Source: Comamonadaceae bacterium (GTDB lineage: Bacteria > Pseudomonadota > Gammaproteobacteria > Burkholderiales > Burkholderiaceae_C). From it: a stretch of DNA of 38,717 nucleotides. The notes under the pieces were generated by a model. It saw only the letters and a program-made list of their open reading frames with translations, made no database searches and was not told the DNA's origin. Below, piece after piece: positions 27,929 to 36,719 of the stretch. Position 1 is the first letter of the stretch; every line of letters starts with the position of its first letter. The stretch is from the NCBI GenBank assembly GCA_947452325.1, contig CANGCZ010000001.1, positions 1-38,717 on the forward strand, read 5' to 3'. A program made the position numbers and the translations under genes.

Positions 27929-28567
27929 ATGACAAGCACCACGCATGTACTTTACTTGCACGGTTTTCGCTCGAGTCCGCTGTCTGCCAAGGCGCAGTTG
28001 ATGGCGCAATGGCTGGCGCTGCACCACCCCTGTGTGTATTGGGCCTGTCCTCAACTGCCGGTGTCACCGCTGGAGGCTGCCGAAGTCATACAGGATATTT
28101 TGAGTGGCTGGCCGTCCCGCAGCAGCACGGTGATAGGTTCTTCCCTGGGAGGCTTTTATGCCACCTGGGCAGCAGCACAACACGGCTGTGCAGCAGTGCT
28201 GCTCAATCCAGCGGTACACCCGGCTCGCGACCTGCTCGGCTACTTAGGAGTTCATCCGTGCTGGCATGACCCGTCGCAACAGATAGAGGTCACGCAAGCT
28301 CATATCGAGGAAATGAAGGATTTGTATGTCGGCCAGGGGCTTGGCTGTTTGTCTGAGACTGACAGGTCAAGCGCTCGCCCCTTGGCAGATCCTGAACGTT
28401 TGCTGGCGGTCATCGCCAAAGGCGATGAACTGCTGGATTGGCGCGAGATGCACGCCCGTTACGCTTGGGCGCAAACCCATGTGCTGGAAGCCTCAGACCA
28501 CGGCATCAGTGACTTTTCTCAGCACCTGCATGTGCTGTCAGATTTTTTATTCGAACAAGACGATTAA
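27929..28567 (+). CDS. YqiA/YcfP-family esterase (UPF0227)
   Basis: 'LYLHGFRSSP.S.K', 'GSSLGGFYA', 'LNPAV', 'GDELLD', 'DH'. Confidence 0.9.
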   Translation: MTSTTHVLYLHGFRSSPLSAKAQLMAQWLALHHPCVYWACPQLPVSPLEAAEVIQDILSGWPSRSSTVIGSSLGGFYATWAAAQHGCAAVLLNPAVHPARDLLGYLGVHPCWHDPSQQIEVTQAHIEEMKDLYVGQGLGCLSETDRSSARPLADPERLLAVIAKGDELLDWREMHARYAWAQTHVLEASDHGISDFSQHLHVLSDFLFEQDD

Positions 28568-28596
28568 ATATTGTCTTGCCATCGAAATGGCCTTGA

Positions 28597-29598
28597 TCAG
28601 TACAGACCAAGACTGATGGCATAAGCCACTGCCGCCACAAAGGCGCTTGCCGGTATGGTCAAAATCCAAGCCCAGACTATGGTGCCGGCCACCCCCCAGC
28701 GCACTGCGCTGGCGTGTCTGACTGAACCTACCCCGACGATGGCGCCTGTGATGGTGTGGGTGGTAGACACCGGAATACCCAGCGCTGTTGCCAGAAACAA
28801 GGTCATGGCGCCGCCGGTTTCGGCACAAAAACCGCCCACAGGCTTGAGCTTGGTGATGCGCTGGCCCATGGTTTTGACGATGCGCCAGCCGCCCATCAAG
28901 GTACCGCAAGCAATGGCAACGTAACAAGCAAATATCACCCAAAACGGCGGCATGCTGTCTTGCGCGGACACATAGCCCGTGGCAATCAGCAGCATCCAAA
29001 TGATGCCTATGGTTTTTTGCGCATCGTTACCGCCATGCCCCAGGCTGTAGGCACCGGCAGACAACAATTGCAAGCGACGGAACCATTTGTCAATGTGCGA
29101 AGGGGTAGAGCGCAGAAACACCCAGCTGACCAGCAGCATCATCAGCGAGCCCAGCAGAAAACCCAGCAAGGGCGAGACAAAAATAAACACCACGGTTTTC
29201 ATGACGCCGGCCAACATCAGCGCCGAAGTACCTGACTTGGCCATGACACTGCCCAAAATGCCGCCTATCAATGCATGCGAGGAACTGCTGGGTATGCCGT
29301 AATACCAGGTCACCAGGTTCCAGGTGATGGCGCCGACCAGGGCGCCGAACACCACGTGTATATCCACCACACCGGGCATGACTATGCCTTTGCCTATGGT
29401 GGCAGCCACGCTGAGGTGGAAGACAAACAAAGCGATGAAGTTAAAAAATGCAGCGAACATCACCGCTTGCGTCGGTTTCATTACACCTGTAGACACAACG
29501 GTGGCTATCGAATTGGCGGCATCATGAAAACCATTGATAAAGTCGAACATCAAAGCCAGAAAAACCAGCAAGACCACGATCCACAAAGCTGTTTGCAT
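28597..29598 (-). CDS. pit: Inorganic phosphate transporter (PiT family)
   Basis: 'NGFHDAANSIAT', 'GIPSSSSH', 'HGGNDAQK', 'PVSTTH'. Confidence 0.94.
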   Translation of the reverse strand: MQTALWIVVLLVFLALMFDFINGFHDAANSIATVVSTGVMKPTQAVMFAAFFNFIALFVFHLSVAATIGKGIVMPGVVDIHVVFGALVGAITWNLVTWYYGIPSSSSHALIGGILGSVMAKSGTSALMLAGVMKTVVFIFVSPLLGFLLGSLMMLLVSWVFLRSTPSHIDKWFRRLQLLSAGAYSLGHGGNDAQKTIGIIWMLLIATGYVSAQDSMPPFWVIFACYVAIACGTLMGGWRIVKTMGQRITKLKPVGGFCAETGGAMTLFLATALGIPVSTTHTITGAIVGVGSVRHASAVRWGVAGTIVWAWILTIPASAFVAAVAYAISLGLY

Positions 29599-29616
29599 CA
29601 AAGTGTCCCGGTCAGA

Positions 29617-30264
29617 TCAAGAATTCTCAAGAATGATGCCTTCGATCAAGTTGGCCACATCCTCGCATTTGTCTGTGATGGTTTCCAGCAATTCGTAAAT
29701 CGCCTTGAGCTTGATCAATTCACGCACATCGGGTTCCTCGCGAAACAATTTGCTCATGGCGCTGCGCATCACGTGATCCGCATCTGACTCGAGGCGATCG
29801 ATTTCCTGGCAGGTTTTCAATGCCCCTTCAGCCGCCTTAGGGTCGGCCAGCTTACCTATCAGCTTGACGGCGTCGTTGACCCGGCTGCAACACTTCACCC
29901 CCAAATCGGTCAGGATGAAAATCTCATCCGTCATCTTCTTCACGTCATACAAACTCATGGTTTCTGCCGAGTCCTGAATCAGGTCAGCCACATCGTCCAT
30001 GGTGTTGATCAGCGAGTGAATTTGCTCCCTATCGATGGGTGTGATGAAAGTCTTGTGCAAGGCGGTGCTGACATCGTGGGTAATGCGGTCGGCGGCACTT
30101 TCCGCCTTGTCCACATCCAAGGTGTATTTTTCGCGCAAGCTCAGGTTGTCATAGTTTTGCACCAGGTTGGAAAAAGCCTGTGAGGCCTCGACAATCCTGT
30201 CCGCGTGCCGGTTGAACATTTCAAAAAAATCTGCTTCACGGGGTAATAGTTTGGAAAAAAGCAT
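29617..30264 (-). CDS. DUF47 / PhoU-like Pit accessory protein
   Basis: 'TFITPIDREQI', 'LES.AD', 'LE..TDKCEDVA'; directly upstream of pit. Confidence 0.92.
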   Translation of the reverse strand: MLFSKLLPREADFFEMFNRHADRIVEASQAFSNLVQNYDNLSLREKYTLDVDKAESAADRITHDVSTALHKTFITPIDREQIHSLINTMDDVADLIQDSAETMSLYDVKKMTDEIFILTDLGVKCCSRVNDAVKLIGKLADPKAAEGALKTCQEIDRLESDADHVMRSAMSKLFREEPDVRELIKLKAIYELLETITDKCEDVANLIEGIILENS

Positions 30265-30302
30265 AGGTGTCTTGTGTTTGGGAAATGGGATCACGGACAG
30301 TG

Positions 30303-30324
30303 ATTTATGACGGTATTGTGACAA
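30303..30324 (-). promoter_or_regulatory. Pho box (PhoB site)
   Basis: Two 11-bp direct repeats, TTGTCACAATA and CCGTCATAAAT, about 40 nt upstream of DUF47-pit. Confidence 0.7.
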
Positions 30325-30404
30325 ACTTCCGACCCCGTCATTTCAAGCAACTTGGCGGGACTTGCGCGTTCTGAATGAGTAAGTTTGGCTGACGCCTGTT
30401 CCAG

Positions 30405-31577
30405 ATGGCTGTGTCTACAGTGCCAGTCATGAACAACCGGTTAATAAGCAGTGAAAGAGCAACGCCGCAAGACTTGCAGGCGGTTGAATGGCTGTCTCAA
30501 TTGCTGCTCAAGGGATGGGAACTTCAAGCCTCCGACATACACCTTGAGCCTTTTGACAGCTTGTTGCGGGTACGGGTTCGCCGCGATGGTGTGTTGTATG
30601 AAATGCCGTCGCCCCCCGCCGCTTTGCGCGAACAAATCATTTCCCGCGTCAAGGTGCAGTCACGTTTGGACATTGCCGAAAAACGTTTGCCGCAAGACGG
30701 TCGCATGCAGCTGGCGCTCAACCAGCGCATGGTGGATATGCGGGTCAGCAGTCTACCTACCCTGCATGGCGAAAAAATTGTGCTGAGGATCCTCGACCAA
30801 CAATCGAACTCACTCTGCTTTGAGGCATTGGGACTGCCAGACGCCGAACTTTCACAAGTGATGCAAGCGATAGCCAAACCCAATGGCTTGGTCTTGATCA
30901 CTGGACCGACTGGATCTGGCAAAACAGTGACTTTGTACACCTGCCTGAATCACTTGAACACGCCTGGCGTGAACATCGCAACCGTCGAAGACCCTTCAGA
31001 GATTGTGTTGCCAGGGGCCAATCAGGTGAATGTGAACGAGCGCATAGGCTTGACATTTGACACCGCGCTCAGGGCTTTGCTGCGACAGGACCCGGACATA
31101 CTCATGGTCGGTGAAATCCGTGACCAAGCCACAGCTGACATGGCCGTCAAGGCCTCACAAACCGGTCACCTGGTGCTGTCCACGCTGCATACCAACGACG
31201 CACCGTCCACACTGACACGCTTGAACCACATGGGTATTGCCGGGTTCAATTTAGCTAGCAGCGTCATTCTTATCTGTGCGCAACGCCTGTTGCGTCGCTT
31301 GTGTGCCCTCTGTAAACAAGCGCTGCCTGACGGCAGCGGTTGGCGGGCTGTCGGCTGCGCCCATTGTCTCAACGGTTACAAAGGAAGGGTGGCTATCCAT
31401 CAGGTCATGCCAGTCACGCCTGGCTTACAGCAATTGATACTGCAACAAGCAAGCACCCAGGCATTGGCCGATCAAGCTGAGGCAGATGGCGTGCGCACTC
31501 TGCGCCAGGCCGGTATGCTCAAAGTGCTTGCGGGCGAAACCTCACTGCAAGAAGTACAGGCGGCGACCCATGGCTGA
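30405..31577 (+). CDS. pilB: Type IV pilus assembly ATPase PilB/GspE, lacking the N-terminal domain
   Basis: 'ASDIHLEP', 'RLPQDGR', Walker A 'GPTGSGKT', 'LRQDPD.LMVGEIRD', His box 'TGHLVLSTLHTN', CxxC..CxxC. Confidence 0.88.
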   Translation: MAVSTVPVMNNRLISSERATPQDLQAVEWLSQLLLKGWELQASDIHLEPFDSLLRVRVRRDGVLYEMPSPPAALREQIISRVKVQSRLDIAEKRLPQDGRMQLALNQRMVDMRVSSLPTLHGEKIVLRILDQQSNSLCFEALGLPDAELSQVMQAIAKPNGLVLITGPTGSGKTVTLYTCLNHLNTPGVNIATVEDPSEIVLPGANQVNVNERIGLTFDTALRALLRQDPDILMVGEIRDQATADMAVKASQTGHLVLSTLHTNDAPSTLTRLNHMGIAGFNLASSVILICAQRLLRRLCALCKQALPDGSGWRAVGCAHCLNGYKGRVAIHQVMPVTPGLQQLILQQASTQALADQAEADGVRTLRQAGMLKVLAGETSLQEVQAATHG

Positions 31578-32694
31578 TGCCATGCCGGGCACAGGCCAGT
31601 CCTTGTCAGCAGACAAGTCAGGTCGTCTCCAAAGTCAAAGGTCAGATGCCGCACAACTTTGCGAATTCACCCGTCAACTTGCCACACTGGTCGGCGCTGG
31701 TGTTCCTTTGCTACAGTGTTTAGACACGATCCAACAAGGTGTCAGTGGCCAAACCATGGGACCTGTGGTGCAAGCCTTGCGCCGTCAGATTGCAGCCGGC
31801 AAGTCGTTAGAAAACGCCTTGCAGCAAACCGGTTTTTTTGACAGGCTGTATTGCCAAATGGTGGCGGCCGGCGAATTGGCCGGTAACCTGGACGACATGC
31901 TTAACCGCTTAGCCCGCCACACCGAACGGCATGAGCAGCTCAGACGCAAGGTCCGCATGGCATTGGTCTACCCGGTGGCGGTCTTGTTCATCGCGGCGCT
32001 GGTGGTGACCGTCATCCTGGTATGGGTGGTTCCGGTGTTTCAGTCCATATTTGCTTCTTTCGGCGCACAGCTGCCAGCGGCCACGCGTTTCATACTTGGC
32101 CTGAGTGCGGGCTTGCTGCACTGGGGTTTGCCGTTTCTGGTCGTGACCCTGTTGACTGCAACCGTTTTACGCAGGCAATTTCGCCGCAATGCAACATGGC
32201 AATGGCAATTCGCGCTGCGGGTTTTGTCGCTGCCTTTGGCCGCCGGTCTGATTCGCAGCGCCAATCTGGCGGCATGGACGCGTTGCCTGTCCATGCTGAC
32301 CCAGTCCGGCGTGCCGCTGCTCGAAGCGCTGGAAGTGTTGTCTGGCGTATGCACAAACCAGGTGTACGCCAGGCTTTGTCTAGATATCCGGCAATCGGTA
32401 TTGCGTGGCAGCAGTCTGGCCATAGCCATGCGCAATGCTTCTTTTTCCGTCGGCCTGAAGACTGGTTTATTTCCACCCTTGTTGATTCAAATGGTGGATA
32501 TAGGCGAGCAATCAGGCACACTGACCGTGCTTTTATCCAGAGCCGCGGATGCGCAAGATGAAGCGCTGGAACAGCAGGTACACGGCTTGACGCAATTGAT
32601 TGAACCTTTGCTGGTCGTGGTGCTAGGCGGTCTGGTCGGCGGCATGGTGGTGGCTTTGTATTTGCCGGTCTTCCAACTCGGTCAAGTGCTGTAG
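31570..32694 (+). CDS. pilC: Type IV pilus platform protein PilC (GspF family)
   Basis: 'FTRQLATL..AGVPL', 'AGE..G.L', 'ALVYP', 'GEQSG.L', 'IEP', 'LYLP.F'; ATG at 31570. Confidence 0.9.
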   Translation: MADAMPGTGQSLSADKSGRLQSQRSDAAQLCEFTRQLATLVGAGVPLLQCLDTIQQGVSGQTMGPVVQALRRQIAAGKSLENALQQTGFFDRLYCQMVAAGELAGNLDDMLNRLARHTERHEQLRRKVRMALVYPVAVLFIAALVVTVILVWVVPVFQSIFASFGAQLPAATRFILGLSAGLLHWGLPFLVVTLLTATVLRRQFRRNATWQWQFALRVLSLPLAAGLIRSANLAAWTRCLSMLTQSGVPLLEALEVLSGVCTNQVYARLCLDIRQSVLRGSSLAIAMRNASFSVGLKTGLFPPLLIQMVDIGEQSGTLTVLLSRAADAQDEALEQQVHGLTQLIEPLLVVVLGGLVGGMVVALYLPVFQLGQVL

Positions 32695-32720
32695 CGCGGC
32701 GGTCTTATAGACTCCAAGCC

Positions 32721-33329
32721 ATGAGCACATCGGATTTCAGACGCATAGGCCTGACCGGCGGCATAGGCAGCGGTAAATCTACTTTGGCCCGACTATTGAC
32801 TGAAAAAGGAATTCAAGTCATCGATGCCGACGCGATTTCCCGCCAGTTAACCGCCACCGGCGGGGCGGCCATGGCCGCCATTGCCCGGCATTTCGGTGCT
32901 GACTTTGTCGCGCCCGACGGCAGCATGGACCGTGAACGCATGCGCGAACTGGTGTTCAGCCAAGCAGATGCCAGGCTGAGGTTACAAGGCCTACTGCACC
33001 CACTGATTTCCGCCGAGATTCATACCAGGCAACAAGAAATTCGCCAGAAAAATATATCTTTAATATTCATAGATATACCTTTATTGATTGAATCTTTTTA
33101 CTGGCGCCGGCATACAGACAGGGTGCTGGTGGTCGATTGTGCTGAAAGCACACAGGTCCGCCGGGTGGTACAGCGAAGTCAGTTGCAACCCGAGCAGGTA
33201 CTCGCCATCATGGCTCAGCAGGCAGGACGCCCGCAAAGATTGGCTGCCGCAGACTGGGTAGTCCACAATGATGTGGACGACATACGGGCACTGCAAATGC
33301 AGGCAGACGCGATTCAACTGCATTTTTAG
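32721..33329 (+). CDS. coaE: Dephospho-CoA kinase
   Basis: 'IGLTGGIGSGKST', 'IDAD', 'LLHPLI', 'DIPLL.E'. Confidence 0.95.
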   Translation: MSTSDFRRIGLTGGIGSGKSTLARLLTEKGIQVIDADAISRQLTATGGAAMAAIARHFGADFVAPDGSMDRERMRELVFSQADARLRLQGLLHPLISAEIHTRQQEIRQKNISLIFIDIPLLIESFYWRRHTDRVLVVDCAESTQVRRVVQRSQLQPEQVLAIMAQQAGRPQRLAAADWVVHNDVDDIRALQMQADAIQLHF

Positions 33330-33406
33330 CCTGTTTAGAGTGTCATAAGCTGCTTGTCAGCGGTTATCATTTCCGCTGTTCCAACCCTTTAGGCGTTTGC
33401 TTTTTT

Positions 33407-34159
33407 GTGATTCTCTACGAGCACCCATTTAACGAGCGTATTCGCACTTATCTGCGGCTTGAATATCTGCTCGGGCGTTTTGAACATTTGCTGCTCAGGT
33501 CCTCGGAAATAGATCACCATTTTGCCCTCACCACTTTGTTTGAAATTGTCGATGTCGGCGGTCGCTCCGATTTGAAGTCGGATATTTTGAAAGAACTCGA
33601 ACGGCACAAGCATCAGTTCAACAGTTACCGTGGCAACCCTTCAGTGGCGCAGTCTGTGTTGGATGAATTGCTGGGCAATATTGAGAAATGCCTGCAAGGT
33701 TTCAATACCCAAAGCGCACGCATCAGCAATTGCGTGACTGACAGCGATTTCCTCAGCAGTTTGCGCAACCGCGTTGCTGTACCAGGAGGCACTTGCGCGT
33801 TTGATTTACCCAGTTACCATGCCTGGCAACAACGGGATGCCGATGTCCGTCGTCAGGATATTTTGAAATGGTCTGAGCCTTTGAAAGCCTTGCACGACAG
33901 CGTCAACCTGTTGATGCGCCTGCTGCGTGAAAGCGGTTCACCGCAACGCGTGGTTGCTCAGCAAGGGCAATTCCAACAAGCTTTGCCACAAGGGCGTTTT
34001 CAAATGATGCGCTTGTTCATTGACGAATCTTTGGGACTGGTCCCCGAGATCAGCGGCAACCGCATGATGGTCTGGGTCCGCCTGATTCACCAGACCTGGG
34101 AAGGCAAACCTCAAACCGCTGTCGGCAACGCGGAATTTGAAATCGAGCTTTGCGCCTGA
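33407..34159 (+). CDS. zapD: Cell division protein ZapD
   Basis: GTG start; 'LYEHPFNERIRTYLRLE', 'DLKSDILKELER', 'PGGTC.FDLP', 'PEISG'. Confidence 0.94.
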   Translation: MILYEHPFNERIRTYLRLEYLLGRFEHLLLRSSEIDHHFALTTLFEIVDVGGRSDLKSDILKELERHKHQFNSYRGNPSVAQSVLDELLGNIEKCLQGFNTQSARISNCVTDSDFLSSLRNRVAVPGGTCAFDLPSYHAWQQRDADVRRQDILKWSEPLKALHDSVNLLMRLLRESGSPQRVVAQQGQFQQALPQGRFQMMRLFIDESLGLVPEISGNRMMVWVRLIHQTWEGKPQTAVGNAEFEIELCA

Positions 34160-34605
34160 GCCAGCCACTCTAATACCGGCACGGTACCGGGCAACACTGG
34201 CGTGACCTGCACAGGTAACTGCTCCCAGCAAAACTGCTGCCCTTCTTTCATTTGCAGTTCACCTTGCCATTGGTAAACCTTGCAGAAATGCAATTCCACC
34301 AGGGCGTGCGGGTAATCAATACGCTCGGTCTTCCAAGGCAAAGGTTTGGCGATGGTGATGCCGAGTTCTTCTTGCAATTCGCGGGTCAGGGCCTGAGCCA
34401 AGGTTTCACCTGCTTCTATTTTTCCACCCGGAAATTCCCAATGCCCTTCATAGGCTTTGCCGGGCGGGCGGGTAGTCAATAAAAACCGGCCATCAGCCCT
34501 GAACAACACACCGACAGCCACCTGGGTCAGCGGGCGTTCAGTGCCACCGGCACGCGGCAGATTTGCATCCACCATGCGTACAGGCTGGTGTGGGCTTGAG
34601 GTCAT
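34111..34605 (-). CDS. mutT: 8-oxo-dGTP diphosphatase (NUDIX)
   Basis: Nudix box 'WEFPGGKIEAGET...ALTRELQEELGI'; secA-argJ-ATPase-mutT synteny. Confidence 0.88.
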   Translation of the reverse strand: MTSSPHQPVRMVDANLPRAGGTERPLTQVAVGVLFRADGRFLLTTRPPGKAYEGHWEFPGGKIEAGETLAQALTRELQEELGITIAKPLPWKTERIDYPHALVELHFCKVYQWQGELQMKEGQQFCWEQLPVQVTPVLPGTVPVLEWLAQAQSSISNSALPTAV

Positions 34606-35483
34606 GCGTTAGCGCTACCCAAACGCCCGGCGAAATCCCTGGCGAACTGGTAAGCCACCCGCCCGCTGCGTGATCCGCGCTCAAGCGCCCACACCAGCGA
34701 TTCAGGATGCGCCTGTGCCCGTAAGTTTTGCGGGACTTGCAAGGAGGACAGCCACTGGTCAACGATATGCAAATACTCGTCCTGGCTGAAAGGGTAAAAA
34801 CTCACCCACAAACCGAAACGCTCGGACAAAGAGATTTTTTCTTCTATGACTTCGCCGGGATGTACTTCGCCGTCTTCGGTGTGTGTGTAGCTGAGGTTGT
34901 CCTTCATGTACTCGGGCAACAAATGACGGCGGTTGCTGGTGGCGTAAATCAGCACATTCGCAGTCGCTGCGGCCACGGTGCCATCCAAGATCGACTTGAG
35001 CGCCTTGTAGCCGGGTTCGCCTTCGTCAAAACTCAAGTCATCACAAAAAATGATGAATTTCTCCGAACGCTCAGCCACCACTTCGATGATGTCCGGCAGG
35101 TCCACCATATCCTGCTTGTCAACCTCGATCAAGCGCAACCCACGTTCTGCATAGGTATTGAGACAGGCTTTGACCAGCGAGGATTTACCGGTACCGCGCG
35201 CACCGGTAAGTAACACGTTGTTGGCGGGTTTGCCTTCTAGGAACTGCAAGGTATTGCGCTGTATTTTTTCTTTTTGCTGATCGATTTCTTTCAAATCATC
35301 CAATGACATTTGTCCAATATGTCGCACCGGTTCGAGTACGCCGTGGCCACTGCTGCGCTTGCGGTAACGAAAAGCAATACCCGCTTGCCAGTCAGGCGCG
35401 TGCAAAGGTTGCGGCAGTATGCGTTCGATACGCGCCATCAACAATTCGGCGCGGTGCAGCATACGTTCTAAAGCATCGTTCAT
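34602..35483 (-). CDS. DUF815 AAA+ ATPase
   Basis: 'PANNVLLTGARGTGKSS', 'FCDDLSF', 'YATSNRRHL', 'EEKISLSERFG'. Confidence 0.92.
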   Translation of the reverse strand: MNDALERMLHRAELLMARIERILPQPLHAPDWQAGIAFRYRKRSSGHGVLEPVRHIGQMSLDDLKEIDQQKEKIQRNTLQFLEGKPANNVLLTGARGTGKSSLVKACLNTYAERGLRLIEVDKQDMVDLPDIIEVVAERSEKFIIFCDDLSFDEGEPGYKALKSILDGTVAAATANVLIYATSNRRHLLPEYMKDNLSYTHTEDGEVHPGEVIEEKISLSERFGLWVSFYPFSQDEYLHIVDQWLSSLQVPQNLRAQAHPESLVWALERGSRSGRVAYQFARDFAGRLGSANA

Positions 35484-35486
35484 GAG

Positions 35487-36716
35487 TTAGCTGCGGTAAT
35501 CCGCGTTGATGGTGACGTATTCATGGCTCAAGTCGCATGTCCATACCTGATCTTGTGCCTGGCCACGCCCGAGCAATACGCGCACCATGATTTCATCTTG
35601 TTTCATCACGCGTTGACCGTCTTGCTCACGGTAGTCGGCGTGGCGGCCACCGCGTGTAGCCACGTGCACATCGTCAAGAAACAAATCAATCAGACTTTGA
35701 TCTAAGTCTGCGATACCTGCGTATCCAACCGCAGCCAGAATACGGCCGAGATTGGGGTCACTGGCAAAAAAAGCGGTTTTCACCAAAGGAGAATGTGCAA
35801 TCGCATAAGCCACTTGGCGGCATTCAGCGGCGTCACGCCCGCCTTCAACGCTGACCGTGATGAACTTGGTGGCGCCTTCGCCGTCACGCACTATGGCCTG
35901 CGCCAGCCAGCGCGCCACATCCAACAGGGTCTGTTTCAACAAACGCGCACTCTCACTGCCCCAATGGCTTATTTCGGTAGTGCCTGCTTTGCCGCTGGCA
36001 ATGACGACAAAGGAATCGTTGGTTGAAGTGTCACCGTCAATAGAAATGCGATTGAACGAGGCTTCAGCCAGTTCATGCGCCAGCGCCTTCATCAAACCCG
36101 GAGCGATGGCCGCGTCGGTGGCCATGAAGCCCAACATGGTAGCCATGTTGGGACGGATCATGCCCGCCCCTTTTGACATGCCGGTGATGGTGACTGTTTT
36201 GCCTTCAATGCTGATTTGACGGCTGGTTGCCTTGGGTAAGGTGTCGGTCGTCATGATGGCTTGCGAGGCCAGCGACCAGTTGTCAGCCACACTTGAAGCA
36301 AGCGCTTTGGGCAAGCCGTCCACAATGCGTTGAACAGGCAAGGGTTCCATGATGACGCCGGTGGAAAAAGGCAGTATGTGTTCCGGCTTGACGTTCAGTT
36401 CAGCGGCCAAGGCTTGGCAAACAGCAAATGCATTTTGCAAACCATCTTCACCAGTGCCCGCATTGGCCACACCGGTGTTGATCACCAATGCACGTATGCC
36501 ATTGCCCGCAGCAAGATGCTGCTTGCACAATTGCACCGGCGCAGCACAAAAACGGTTTTGCGTAAATACAGCGCCGACAACAGAGCCCGGGTCCAGTGTG
36601 ATGACGGTCAAGTCTTTGCGATGGGCTTTGCGGACACCCGCTTCGGTGACACCGATAGACACACCGGCCACGGCATGCAAATCTTGCGCAGGAGTGACGT
36701 GCAGATTTACCGCCAT
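35487..36716 (-). CDS. argJ: Bifunctional ornithine acetyltransferase / N-acetylglutamate synthase
   Basis: 'STGVI', 'MTTD', 'KGAGMI.PNMATML' (autocleavage Thr), 'DGDTSTND', 'DGEGATK'. Confidence 0.96.
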   Translation of the reverse strand: MAVNLHVTPAQDLHAVAGVSIGVTEAGVRKAHRKDLTVITLDPGSVVGAVFTQNRFCAAPVQLCKQHLAAGNGIRALVINTGVANAGTGEDGLQNAFAVCQALAAELNVKPEHILPFSTGVIMEPLPVQRIVDGLPKALASSVADNWSLASQAIMTTDTLPKATSRQISIEGKTVTITGMSKGAGMIRPNMATMLGFMATDAAIAPGLMKALAHELAEASFNRISIDGDTSTNDSFVVIASGKAGTTEISHWGSESARLLKQTLLDVARWLAQAIVRDGEGATKFITVSVEGGRDAAECRQVAYAIAHSPLVKTAFFASDPNLGRILAAVGYAGIADLDQSLIDLFLDDVHVATRGGRHADYREQDGQRVMKQDEIMVRVLLGRGQAQDQVWTCDLSHEYVTINADYRS

Positions 36717-36719
36717 GGT

